A DNA stretch of 18,409 nucleotides from Campylobacterota bacterium (GCA_034717975.1 JAYEMF010000050.1:1-18409); one strand, 5' to 3'; numbered from the stretch's first letter, positions 1 to 8,494 are shown. Made by a program: numbers and translations. Notes: generated by a model not told the origin, from the letters alone.

Positions 1-317
1 GGCGGCGAACTCACAGAGTTGCTAAACTGACGGGTTGAAATGAAAAGTTTTTGTTGAGGGTTTTCTAAAATGCGGTTGCGGGTAATACGGTGGTAATAAC
101 AGTTACAATGGCCGGCATGGGCCGGCAGGGAAAGCTGAACACAGGAGAGAAGTTCATCGGCTTCCTCTTCTTCTGCTGCTTCATCACACTCATCATCCAT
201 CTGAATAATGTAGGCATGGACACGGGCACTACACTGCTGTTCAATAGTATGGGCACTATATGCCTGAATAGCAGCCAATGTAAAGTAGTTTTTACCAAAA
301 CCTTTGGGTGCGCTCAT
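1..317 (-). CDS. Partial hypothetical protein (runs off left edge), acidic and Cys/His-rich
   Basis: Not in the ORF track because it has no stop in the window. Manual translation from ATG at 317: MSAPKGFGKNYFTLAAIQAYSAHTIEQQCSARVHAYIIQMDDECDEAAEEEEADELLSCVQLSLPAHAGHCNCYYHRITRNRILENPQQKLFISTRQFSNSVSSPP. Open for 105 codons, with AAGGGA upstream, co-oriented with the MCP. Confidence 0.55.
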   Translation of the reverse strand, partial: MSAPKGFGKNYFTLAAIQAYSAHTIEQQCSARVHAYIIQMDDECDEAAEEEEADELLSCVQLSLPAHAGHCNCYYHRITRNRILENPQQKLFISTRQFSNSVSSP

Positions 318-378
318 CTACCATTCCCTTAGAGCACCTTTATTGGCACCCTTATATTTGACGGAATATTACTGCAGA

Positions 379-1950
379 TCAGCTTTTAAACTGGTTTAGC
401 CGAGCATCCAGATTTGTGGCATCGCTGGAGAGACGGTCAGCAATCTCCGTAATCTTACTGATCTCTTTCTGATTGCTTTCGGAGAGATCTGCCATCGTCA
501 CGATTTTCTCTATGACCTGCCTGATCTTAGTCGCCTGGGCTTGCGTATCGCTTAGGCTTCGCTGGCTTGCTTCAACATTATTTTGCAGCGATACCGATGC
601 CCGGTCAATACGCTCTTCGATCTCCTCGCTGCGCTCTGCCAGCTTGGCAATATCTTCACCATTTGAGCTCATCATATCTGAAGAGTCGGAGATCCCCTGA
701 ATCACGATATTGATCGTCGCATTGATCTCTGTCAGACTTTTTTGCGTACGTTCAGCCAGTTTACGCACCTCATCGGCAACAACGGCGAAACCTCGTCCAT
801 GTTCACCCGCACGGGCCGCTTCAATAGCTGCATTGAGCGCAAGCAGATTGGTCTGATCAGCAATATCACCGATGATGGTAAGAACTTCATTAACACTTTG
901 CGCATCGGATGTAAGCTGAACAAAACGTTCAGAGAGCTCACTGCTGAGCTGTGTCGAATTTTGTACTTCGTCGGCGATCACCGAGGCGATCTCCCGAACA
1001 CCGGAAAGCTCCGACTCTGTCTCTTGCGAACTGCTCAGCGACGCGTTGGCGAGCTCAAGCGTTGTATTGAGTGACGAACCAATCTCTTCAGCAGTCTGAT
1101 TGGTGCCTTTTGCAGTTGCATTGGTCTTCTCTGACTGGCTGGAGAGTGCTTTAGCCGCACTTTTGAGCGCAGTGGTTGCTCCTACAGCACTATGGGTAAT
1201 GTTTTTAGTGTCGTTGATAGTATCCTGGATCTTTTCAATAAACAGGTTCAGATAGTTGCTGGCTATTCCTATCTCATCACTGGCATTGCGTATTGGTAAA
1301 CGCTTAGTCAGATCACCATCTCCACTTGCAAGGTCAGACGAGACACTGTCAAGCTCTTCGATCGGATGCAGGATACTCGTGCCACTTACATAGTTGATCC
1401 CTACCAATATAGCAGTCAAAATCGATCCAAGGATCAAAAACCATGTTAAAAATGTCGCTGCCATGTCATCAAAATAGTCCGCTTTGTTGACACCCGGGAT
1501 CACCCACATATCCCACGCGTTAATGTATCGGTAGGCAACTATCTTCTCCTGTCCGCTTGTCGCTGAGACATATTCGTATATACCGCCCTTTTTATCCCCG
1601 CGTATATGATCGGCATAGGACTTGCCGGCAAGCGATTCACCCTCTTTTGTCGGATGTATAATCAATTGAGCTGTCGCATCAATCATATAGACATAGCCGC
1701 TTTTACCGATCTTCATTCCTATAACTGCCTGCTTGAAGGCACTCTCTTCATAGCCTTTACTGTTTTGTTCAGCTATATAACCAATACTTTTCTCAAGCGT
1801 ATTGGCTACTGAATTAAGATCACTTTCCATAATCGTTCTGATCGACCCGACAGCGATAAAATATGCTACAATCACACTCAGCAAAATAGCCGAGATAGCT
1901 GCAACAAGATTGAGAATAAACTTCCCTTTGATTGTTTTCAATGCATTCAT
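379..1950 (-). CDS. Methyl-accepting chemotaxis protein (TM-Cache-TM-HAMP-signalling domain)
   Basis: Canonical MCP hairpin tip [40 protein letters not shown]. Two TM segments flank a Cache-like sensor ([10 protein letters not shown]...IIHP). HAMP-like GDLTKRLP...DEIG. Confidence 0.96.
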   Translation of the reverse strand: MNALKTIKGKFILNLVAAISAILLSVIVAYFIAVGSIRTIMESDLNSVANTLEKSIGYIAEQNSKGYEESAFKQAVIGMKIGKSGYVYMIDATAQLIIHPTKEGESLAGKSYADHIRGDKKGGIYEYVSATSGQEKIVAYRYINAWDMWVIPGVNKADYFDDMAATFLTWFLILGSILTAILVGINYVSGTSILHPIEELDSVSSDLASGDGDLTKRLPIRNASDEIGIASNYLNLFIEKIQDTINDTKNITHSAVGATTALKSAAKALSSQSEKTNATAKGTNQTAEEIGSSLNTTLELANASLSSSQETESELSGVREIASVIADEVQNSTQLSSELSERFVQLTSDAQSVNEVLTIIGDIADQTNLLALNAAIEAARAGEHGRGFAVVADEVRKLAERTQKSLTEINATINIVIQGISDSSDMMSSNGEDIAKLAERSEEIEERIDRASVSLQNNVEASQRSLSDTQAQATKIRQVIEKIVTMADLSESNQKEISKITEIADRLSSDATNLDARLNQFKS

Positions 1951-2031
1951 AATAGTTCAAACCTCGCTGTTATAAGTGATATATTGTATTTTGTTATCTC
2001 TAAAAAGCCTCTGAAGCAGGAAAACCAGCCA

Positions 2032-3357
2032 ATGAAACTTTCCCATTTAAAGCAGATCATCACTTTTATGCAGCCGCTTCGTAACATCAATGCCATCCAC
2101 CGTATCGCCGACAATACGATCAAAATAGCTTTTGACCGTGATGTTGATCTCTACTTCGACCTCAGGCGTGGCAACTCCCATATCTTTATGTGTGATGGTC
2201 TTAAACGCAGCAAAGTGTATCAGGCTCCTTTTGATATCATCCTTGCCAAACATTTCAACCGCAGCAAAATTCTCGATATCAGCCTCTATAACAGTGATAA
2301 GATCATGCGGATCAAAGTGGCTCAAAGCAGTGCCTACAAAGAGCGTACAACCACTTTACAGCTGGAGTTTACAGGCAAATACACCAATGCGATTGTCCTC
2401 GACAGTGACGATACCGTTTTAGAAGCGCTTCGCCATGTCGATGCAAGCAGCTCCTACCGTGTCATCAAAGTCGGGCAGCTACTCGAAGCACTACAGCCGC
2501 CGCCATACCAGGCTAAAGATTATCCACTTGAGGATGTTGAATCTTTTTTGCGAGACACTTACGCACAAGAGCTCAACAAGCGTCTGCAAACCCTGAAACA
2601 GCAGAAGTGCAATATCCTGGAAAAACGGCTCAAAAAACTTGAAACGTCACTCAACGGTCTCGGCAGTGAAGAGAAACTGGGAGAAGAGGTTGCACAGCAG
2701 CAGCTCTACGGCAATCTGATCCTGGCCAATATGCATCAGATCAGACCCTATATGAACCAGGTCGAGCTGTCTGATTTCGAGGGGAGAGCTGTTACAATAG
2801 AGATCCCGCCACATCTGCCTTCTGCTTCCGCCATCAGCAACCACTTCTTCAAACGCGGTAAAAAAGCGAAGCAGAAGATGCAAAACCTGCACATTGAACG
2901 TCAAAGTCTGCAAGAGAAATGCGAACACCTGCGCCACTTTATCCAGACCGTCAATGAAGCCAAAGATATCGCTACCATCGAGATGCTCTTCCCGGCACAG
3001 ACCAAAGGGAGTAAAAGCAGAGAGAATCAATCTATTGAGACCTTCTGGATCGAAGGCTACAAAGTGATGCTCGGCAAAAGTGAAAAAGGCAATATCGAAC
3101 TGCTCGAACGTGCCCGTGCCCGTGATATCTGGCTGCATCTCAAAGAGCGTCCTTCCACCCATGTCATCATCGTAACCGATAAACAGAACGTTCCCGAAAG
3201 TGTCATCGAAGCAGCGGCAAAACTCTGTGTCGACTTCACCCTATTTGAGAAAGGGCGCTATTTGGTCGATTATACTCCTAGACGTGAAGTCAAGATACAA
3301 GATGGCGCGAATGTGCTGTATAATAAGTATCAGACAATCCAAGTCGAAAAAGGCTAA
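2032..3357 (+). CDS. rqcH: NFACT family protein (RqcH/FbpA-like ribosome quality-control factor)
   Basis: NFACT-N (LEFTGKYTNAI), central coiled coil, NFACT-R (GKSEKGN, DIWLHLKERPSTHVII, VDYT). ATG at 2032 preferred over the TTG at 1984. Confidence 0.88.
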   Translation: MKLSHLKQIITFMQPLRNINAIHRIADNTIKIAFDRDVDLYFDLRRGNSHIFMCDGLKRSKVYQAPFDIILAKHFNRSKILDISLYNSDKIMRIKVAQSSAYKERTTTLQLEFTGKYTNAIVLDSDDTVLEALRHVDASSSYRVIKVGQLLEALQPPPYQAKDYPLEDVESFLRDTYAQELNKRLQTLKQQKCNILEKRLKKLETSLNGLGSEEKLGEEVAQQQLYGNLILANMHQIRPYMNQVELSDFEGRAVTIEIPPHLPSASAISNHFFKRGKKAKQKMQNLHIERQSLQEKCEHLRHFIQTVNEAKDIATIEMLFPAQTKGSKSRENQSIETFWIEGYKVMLGKSEKGNIELLERARARDIWLHLKERPSTHVIIVTDKQNVPESVIEAAAKLCVDFTLFEKGRYLVDYTPRREVKIQDGANVLYNKYQTIQVEKG

Positions 3358-3377
3358 TGACGCCGTAAATGTTGGCA

Positions 3378-3462
3378 TGTAAAGACTTCTCTGCCCCGGA
3401 TGGGGCTAGCTTTTACTAGAAATCATTTAGTGATTTCCAGCATCAGTCTTTAGACTAGAAGT
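3378..3462. repeat. Dispersed structured intergenic repeat, copy 1
   Basis: Ungapped 69/85 identity with 14856-14940. Identical 32-nt core GCTTTTACTAGAAATCATTTAGTGATTTCCAG at 3409-3440. Confidence 0.9.
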
Positions 3463-3510
3463 GCCTCGTGTGTTCAGTGCCATTGGTTAGCACTGGATGT
3501 AGCGGCAAGC

Positions 3511-3538
3511 GTAGTAGCAGGGGTTTCGCTCCTGCTAC
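3511..3538 (+). repeat. REP-like GTAG-led palindrome/hairpin
   Basis: GTAGCAGGGG-TTTCG-CTCCTGCTAC forms a 10-bp stem with one G-U pair (3514-3538), preceded by an overlapping GTAG. Confidence 0.5.
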
Positions 3539-3565
3539 GTTCAAAATAGATGAAAAGGATAAGTT

Positions 3566-3883
3566 ATGGCCGGTGTCGGTCCCGTTGCAAGTACTATCTT
3601 TACCAACCAAATGACAGCTGCAGTTGCCAGCGAGAAGAATGCTGTACATAACCGTTTTGAGCTGCAAAATGTTGCCGCCAATGCCATAACCAACGAGAAA
3701 CAGAAAGAGGTTGAAGAGGTCCGTCCAGCCGAAGAGAACCATATGGTCGATCCTGACCGCGAACACACCAAAGAGGAGTCGGAACAGGAGATGAAGCGTG
3801 GTAAAAAAGAGGAGGAAGAGAAGAAGGGTGAAGGTGAAGATGAAGAAACTCCACCTATTCACCACCTAGATATTAAAGTGTGA
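3566..3883 (+). CDS. Small acidic coiled-coil hypothetical protein (Cj1348c-like position)
   Basis: Strong SD AAGGA, E/K-rich C-terminal half, ends HHLDIKV. Lies between the NFACT gene and cdsA as in Campylobacter. Confidence 0.85.
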   Translation: MAGVGPVASTIFTNQMTAAVASEKNAVHNRFELQNVAANAITNEKQKEVEEVRPAEENHMVDPDREHTKEESEQEMKRGKKEEEEKKGEGEDEETPPIHHLDIKV

Positions 3884-3898
3884 CAAGGTCCCCTAAGG

Positions 3899-3904
3899 TA
3901 TAAT
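3899..3904 (+). promoter_or_regulatory. Putative sigma70 -10 box for cdsA-dxr-hydrolase
   Basis: GGTATAAT ending 30 nt upstream of the cdsA ATG. Confidence 0.6.
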
Positions 3905-3934
3905 CTCCTTAATCAAACATCATCGGGAAGTATT

Positions 3935-4699
3935 ATGGGATTTTTACAACTTGGCGAACATAAAGAGCGCGTACTTACAGGTTTGACACTGCTGGGCGCT
4001 GTCCTTCTGCTTGGCATCATCAACAACTTTTTTCTCTTCTGGCTTGTCTTTGGCGCCATCTATCTGCTTGCCTTTTATGAAGCAGCCAAACTTTTTCAGG
4101 TTGAAACAACCAACTCCCTCTACGCCTATGCCGCTATCCTCTGGATCGTCGCTGCCTTTTACCCTTATGGTGACGACCTCTTTGTGATAGCCGGTATCAT
4201 CTTCGCCTCCTTCGTCGCTTACTCCCAAAAACTCGAATGGAAAAATTTCCTCCCTTTCATCTACCCGACAGCGGGTATGCTCTTTATCCTCGCCCTCTAT
4301 AATGAGTATGGCATAACGGCACTCTTCTGGCTGCTCGTCGTCATCGCCATGACCGATGTTGGAGCTTACTATGTCGGTAAAAACATCGGCAAAACACCCT
4401 TTAGTCCGACCTCACCGAAAAAGACGATGGAGGGCGTTGTCGGCGGTGTAGTACTGGCTACCGTTACCGGTCTTTTTGTCGGTATTACCATCGTCGATAC
4501 AGAGATAGCAATCGTCATCTCACTGCTTACAGCCCTCAGCTCAGTCTTTGGCGATCTGTTCGAGAGTTATCTCAAACGTAAGGCCGGCGTAAAGGACAGC
4601 GGTGACATCCTCCCCGGTCACGGCGGCATACTGGACCGAATCGACGGCTACCTCTTTGGTGCGATCATCATGCTCGTCCTTCTAAGGGGTCTTGTTTAA
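3935..4699 (+). CDS. cdsA: Phosphatidate cytidylyltransferase
   Basis: Multi-TM protein with SPKKTMEG and GDLFESYLKRKAGVKDSGDILPGHGGILDRID signature. Confidence 0.97.
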   Translation: MGFLQLGEHKERVLTGLTLLGAVLLLGIINNFFLFWLVFGAIYLLAFYEAAKLFQVETTNSLYAYAAILWIVAAFYPYGDDLFVIAGIIFASFVAYSQKLEWKNFLPFIYPTAGMLFILALYNEYGITALFWLLVVIAMTDVGAYYVGKNIGKTPFSPTSPKKTMEGVVGGVVLATVTGLFVGITIVDTEIAIVISLLTALSSVFGDLFESYLKRKAGVKDSGDILPGHGGILDRIDGYLFGAIIMLVLLRGLV

Positions 4700-5773
4700 A
4701 TGATCTTACTGGGTTCCACCGGTTCGATCGGGGTCAATACCCTCGAAATTGCTAAAAAATTCTCCATTGAGATCGAAGTACTCGTTGCCGGGAACAATAT
4801 CGTCCTGCTCAACGAGCAGATCAAATATCATCAACCAAAACGGGTCGTTATCGGTTCTTCCGATGATGCCCATAAAGTCAATCACTCCAACATTCTTATC
4901 GGTGAAGCCGGTATCTTACAGGCCATTGAAGAGTCCAAAAGTGAACTTGTCGTCAATGCCCTGGTCGGCTTTTTGGGACTGCGCCCTACCCTCAAAGCGA
5001 TCGAGATGAAAAAGCGCATCGCTCTGGCAAACAAAGAGTCACTTGTCGCCGGCGGTGCTTTTCTGGACACATCGACAATCCAGCCCATCGACAGTGAACA
5101 CTTTGGGCTTTGGTACCTGTTGCAAGAGAGTAAGCCAGTCAGCCGTATGCTCATCACGGCCAGCGGCGGTGCCTTTCGTGACTGGCCTCTGGAGAAACTT
5201 CAGCACGCCACCCTCAAAGATGCCCTTAAACATCCCAACTGGTCAATGGGCCAGAAGATCACTATCGACAGCGCGTCCATGATGAACAAGCTCTTTGAAC
5301 TGCTTGAGGCACGCTGGCTCTTTGGCGAAGGAAGCTACGATGCCATCATTGAAACACGATCGCTTATCCATGCCCTGATCGATTTCAGAGATGGTTCCAC
5401 CACCGCACACTTTGCCCATGCCAATATGCAGCTGCCCATCGCTTACGCCGTGCAGGGCCAGGTCAGTGAAGAGATTCTTGCTCCTATCGATCTTCTCAAA
5501 GTCGGCAGCCTTAACTTTAGAGAGATAGACAAAACGCGCTACCCGATCTGGAAGATCAAAGATGCGCTGCTGCAAAACCCGAAACGCGGTGTCATCGTCA
5601 ATGCCGCCAATGAAGCGGCCATCGAGCATTTTATAGCGGGCAATATCGGTTTTATGCAGATCGCCGAAACCATCATCGATGCCTATGAACGTTTTGACAC
5701 TGAACCAAGAAGTATCGATGATGTCTTTGAACTCGACAGTGAAGTGCGAAGCTACTATCGGGAGACTCTGTGA
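4700..5773 (+). CDS. dxr: 1-deoxy-D-xylulose-5-phosphate reductoisomerase
   Basis: LGSTGSIG, LANKES, PIDSEH, TASGG, HPNWSMG and NAANE motifs. Abuts cdsA. Confidence 0.98.
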   Translation: MILLGSTGSIGVNTLEIAKKFSIEIEVLVAGNNIVLLNEQIKYHQPKRVVIGSSDDAHKVNHSNILIGEAGILQAIEESKSELVVNALVGFLGLRPTLKAIEMKKRIALANKESLVAGGAFLDTSTIQPIDSEHFGLWYLLQESKPVSRMLITASGGAFRDWPLEKLQHATLKDALKHPNWSMGQKITIDSASMMNKLFELLEARWLFGEGSYDAIIETRSLIHALIDFRDGSTTAHFAHANMQLPIAYAVQGQVSEEILAPIDLLKVGSLNFREIDKTRYPIWKIKDALLQNPKRGVIVNAANEAAIEHFIAGNIGFMQIAETIIDAYERFDTEPRSIDDVFELDSEVRSYYRETL

Positions 5774-6315
5774 GCGGACGTGTACTGATCCTTCACGGCT
5801 GGGGCGGAAGCGATTATCCTCACTGGCAGAGCTGGCTGGCCGGCGAGATCGCCAAAAACTACGGAACCGTCTCCTTTCCCCTGCTGGACAATCCCCATTT
5901 CCCATCCAAAAACAGATGGATAAAGCAGGTCAAAGCCCTGCTGAAAAGCTTTCAGCCCGACACCGTCATCTGCCACTCCATGGCTAACACCCTCTGGTTC
6001 CATCTCTGCAATGAGGGTGAAATTGCTCCCGTCAAACAGCTTTTGATGGTTTCTCCTCCACGGCTTGACCTGAAACTCGATACCATCAAAAGCTTTTTTC
6101 CGGTCGCTGTACCAAAAAACCTTTTTGCCGATGAAGCGCAGCTGGTCACTTCAACCGATGACCCTTACCTCACTGTTGATGAAGCCAAAGATCTGCAAAC
6201 CGCTTTAGATGTACCTATGAAAGTAATTGAGAACGGAGGCCATCTCAATGTCGAAAGTAACTTCGGTGAGTGGCCATGGGTAAGAGAGTGGGTCCTGTCG
6301 GAAAAATCGCTATAA
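5770..6315 (+). CDS. RBBP9/YdeN family alpha/beta hydrolase
   Basis: LHGWGGS..HWQSWL, nucleophile elbow CHSMA, STDDPY, GGHLN. GTGA overlap with the dxr stop. Confidence 0.9.
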   Translation: MSGRVLILHGWGGSDYPHWQSWLAGEIAKNYGTVSFPLLDNPHFPSKNRWIKQVKALLKSFQPDTVICHSMANTLWFHLCNEGEIAPVKQLLMVSPPRLDLKLDTIKSFFPVAVPKNLFADEAQLVTSTDDPYLTVDEAKDLQTALDVPMKVIENGGHLNVESNFGEWPWVREWVLSEKSL

Positions 6316-6316
6316 T
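6311..6316 (+). promoter_or_regulatory. Putative sigma70 -10 box for the 6346 gene and tsaD
   Basis: GCTATAAT overlapping the hydrolase stop codon, about 30 nt before ATG 6346. Confidence 0.5.
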
Positions 6317-6345
6317 ACGTAAAAACTATAAGAAGAGCTCCTATT

Positions 6346-6849
6346 ATGCAACTGATCGACAATTTTATTGATAACAAGATTCTCCCTTTCACCTTTAAAG
6401 TCTCCGAACAGCCGATGCTCTACCGCGAACTGCTTCTGGCCAATAAACTCTTTGATGACGGGATGAAACTCGAGGGGAAGATCCCCGGTATGCGTATTCG
6501 TGTCGGGCGTGCCGTTTTGGTGTTTGCACTGCTTTTTCACATTTTCCTGGTCTTTCCAGCAATGGTCCTCTTCCATACACCGATGGCAAATATGGACTGC
6601 CATGTCGCCATCATCGTATCGGTCCTCTCGACCGGATTTTTCTTCTCGATCTATTTCGTCTTCAAAGAGTGGCTGATCGACCGAATGGCCAAGACACGCA
6701 TCAAAAAAGCCTGGAAAAACCATTTTCTCCACTTCGATTACGATACACATCACAAAGAGGTCACAGCCATCTATTCCAAAGCAGTCGAAGATGAAGTTCC
6801 CCATAAAGAGCTTCAGCTGCATATTCTGAACAAACTGATCGCCGAATAA
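6346..6849 (+). CDS. Hypothetical membrane protein (two TM segments)
   Basis: 167-aa ORF filling the gap between two + strand genes, with two hydrophobic stretches (AVLVFALLFHIFLVFPAMVLF; VAIIVSVLSTGFFFSIYFVF). Confidence 0.8.
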   Translation: MQLIDNFIDNKILPFTFKVSEQPMLYRELLLANKLFDDGMKLEGKIPGMRIRVGRAVLVFALLFHIFLVFPAMVLFHTPMANMDCHVAIIVSVLSTGFFFSIYFVFKEWLIDRMAKTRIKKAWKNHFLHFDYDTHHKEVTAIYSKAVEDEVPHKELQLHILNKLIAE

Positions 6850-6862
6850 TAAACTCAGAATG

Positions 6863-6898
6863 TTCTCTTCCCTCTTCCCCCTTCTCCCCTTCCCTTCC
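6863..6898. repeat. Degenerate pyrimidine heptamer tract (NCTTCCC)n
   Basis: TTCTCTTCCCTCTTCCCCCTTCTCCCCTTCCCTTCC directly upstream of the tsaD RBS. Confidence 0.75.
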
Positions 6899-6915
6899 TT
6901 TTTAAAGGGGCACCA

Positions 6916-7893
6916 ATGATACTTTCCATAGAATCCTCATGTGATGACAGCTCTATCGCCATTACCGAGATAGCTACCAAAAAACTCATCTTTCACAAGA
7001 AGATCTCCCAGGAGCTCGAACACTCTGTCTACGGCGGTGTCGTTCCAGAGCTGGCATCACGACTGCATGCCGAAGCTCTGCCCCGTATCCTCGAGAGCTG
7101 TACCCAATGGTTTGACAAGCTAAAGGCCATAGCCGTCACAAACGAACCGGGGCTTGCTGTCACCCTGGTCGAAGGTGTCACTATGGCCAAAGCACTGAGC
7201 ATAGCTCTGGATATCCCTCTAATCGGGGTCAACCATCTGAAAGGACATATCTACTCCTTATATATAGAGAAAGAGAGTGAACTGCCCGCAACCGTACTGC
7301 TGGTTTCCGGTGGCCATACGCAAGTGATCGAAGTCAAAAGCCTGAAAGAGATGGAAAATGTCGCCAGCACAATGGATGACAGTTTCGGTGAAAGCTTTGA
7401 CAAGAGTGCGAAGATGATGGGACTGGGCTATCCCGGCGGACCCATCATCGAAAAACTTGCCAGTCAAGGTGACGAAAACCGGTACAACTTCACCATCCCG
7501 CTCTCCCAGTCGCCCAAGATCGCTTTTAGCTACTCCGGCCTGAAAAATGCCGTCAGGCTGGCTGTACAAGATGGAACCAAAGAGGATTACCCCGATATCG
7601 CCGCTTCATTTCAGAAGATTGCCGTGGCACATCTTACCCAAAAGCTCAAAAAATATTTTAAGATCCATCCGCCGAAACGCTTTGCCATTGTCGGGGGCGC
7701 CAGCGCCAATCTCTACCTACGCAAAAAGGTTGAAGCGCTTTTGAAACCTTACAACGCCTCACTGCAGTTAGCGGAGTTACAATACTGTTCGGACAATGCA
7801 GCTATGATCGGTCGTATTGCGATTGAGATGTATGAACAAAATACCTTTACAGACCTTAATGAACTTCAGGCCTCTCCCAGAGCAAAACTTTAA
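6916..7893 (+). CDS. tsaD: tRNA threonylcarbamoyltransferase complex subunit TsaD
   Basis: [47 protein letters not shown] and DNAAMIG motifs. Confidence 0.98.
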   Translation: MILSIESSCDDSSIAITEIATKKLIFHKKISQELEHSVYGGVVPELASRLHAEALPRILESCTQWFDKLKAIAVTNEPGLAVTLVEGVTMAKALSIALDIPLIGVNHLKGHIYSLYIEKESELPATVLLVSGGHTQVIEVKSLKEMENVASTMDDSFGESFDKSAKMMGLGYPGGPIIEKLASQGDENRYNFTIPLSQSPKIAFSYSGLKNAVRLAVQDGTKEDYPDIAASFQKIAVAHLTQKLKKYFKIHPPKRFAIVGGASANLYLRKKVEALLKPYNASLQLAELQYCSDNAAMIGRIAIEMYEQNTFTDLNELQASPRAKL

Positions 7894-7990
7894 ATAAACC
7901 TTAATCACATTTATGTTTAAGTTAATTAAGACAAAGATTATCCGATTTCTGTAAACTTCTGCCAACAAAAAATTAATTAGGAGTCCTAAT

Positions 7991-8494
7991 ATGGCAACTA
8001 CAATGCTCAAAGGTAACACTGTTAACCTGGCTGGAAATGAAGTAAATGTTGGTGATAAAGCACCAGAAGTAACTGTTGTAAACTCAGAAGGTCTTGCTGA
8101 CGTAACTGTTGGTGGTGCTCAAGGTACAAAACAACTTATCGTTGTTGTTCCTTCTCTTGATACTCCGGTATGTGCAACTGAAACTCGTCAGTTCAACTCT
8201 AAAGCTGCTGAGATCGAAGGTGTTAAAGTAACTGTTGTTTCTATGGACCTTCCATTTGCTGCCGGACGTTTCTGTTCAACTGAAGGTATCGACTCTTTGA
8301 CGGTTGCTTCTGACTTCCGTAACAAAGATTTCGCAAACGCTTACGGTGTTCTTATCGCTGATGGCCCACTTGCAGGTGTTACTTGTCGCGCTATCTTCGT
8401 TGTAGAAGCTGATGGTACTGTATCTTACAAAGATATCTGTGCAGAAATCACTGAAGAGCCTAACTACGACGCTGCTCTTGCAGCTGCTAAGTAA
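7991..8494 (+). CDS. tpx: Thiol peroxidase (atypical 2-Cys peroxiredoxin)
   Basis: VPSLDTPVC and SMDLPFAAGRFC motifs, EPNYD C-terminus, SD AGGAG, strongly biased codons (GCT/GTT/ACT). Confidence 0.97.
   Translation: MATTMLKGNTVNLAGNEVNVGDKAPEVTVVNSEGLADVTVGGAQGTKQLIVVVPSLDTPVCATETRQFNSKAAEIEGVKVTVVSMDLPFAAGRFCSTEGIDSLTVASDFRNKDFANAYGVLIADGPLAGVTCRAIFVVEADGTVSYKDICAEITEEPNYDAALAAAK

Noticed and set aside
65..332. Track ORFs 65..298 (-) and 90..332 (+)
   Set aside because: No recognisable features. The alternative minus frame from ATG 317 has an SD and stays open to the edge.
343..360. TTGGCAC as a sigma54 -24 element
   Set aside because: No TTGC at the required -12 spacing, and it points into the 3' end of an opposite-strand gene.
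1984..2031. Longer TTG-started N-terminus for the NFACT gene
   Set aside because: It overlaps the divergent promoter region. ATG 2032 with upstream AGGA is more plausible.
3409..3440. 32-nt palindromic core as a CRISPR repeat
   Set aside because: Only two copies 11.5 kb apart, similarity extends into both flanks, no spacer periodicity and no cas genes.
3385..3462. Repeat as a tRNA or hammerhead ribozyme
   Set aside because: Cloverleaf-like size but no T-loop TTC, D-loop GG or 7-nt anticodon loop. The minus-strand CTGATG is not followed by A and is not conserved in copy 2.
5243..5905. 220-aa antisense ORF and the other shadow ORFs (e.g. 2647..3162, 6310..6822, 12026..12484, 15507..15962)
   Set aside because: They lie antisense or out of frame within well-conserved genes and have no motifs, as expected from codon bias.
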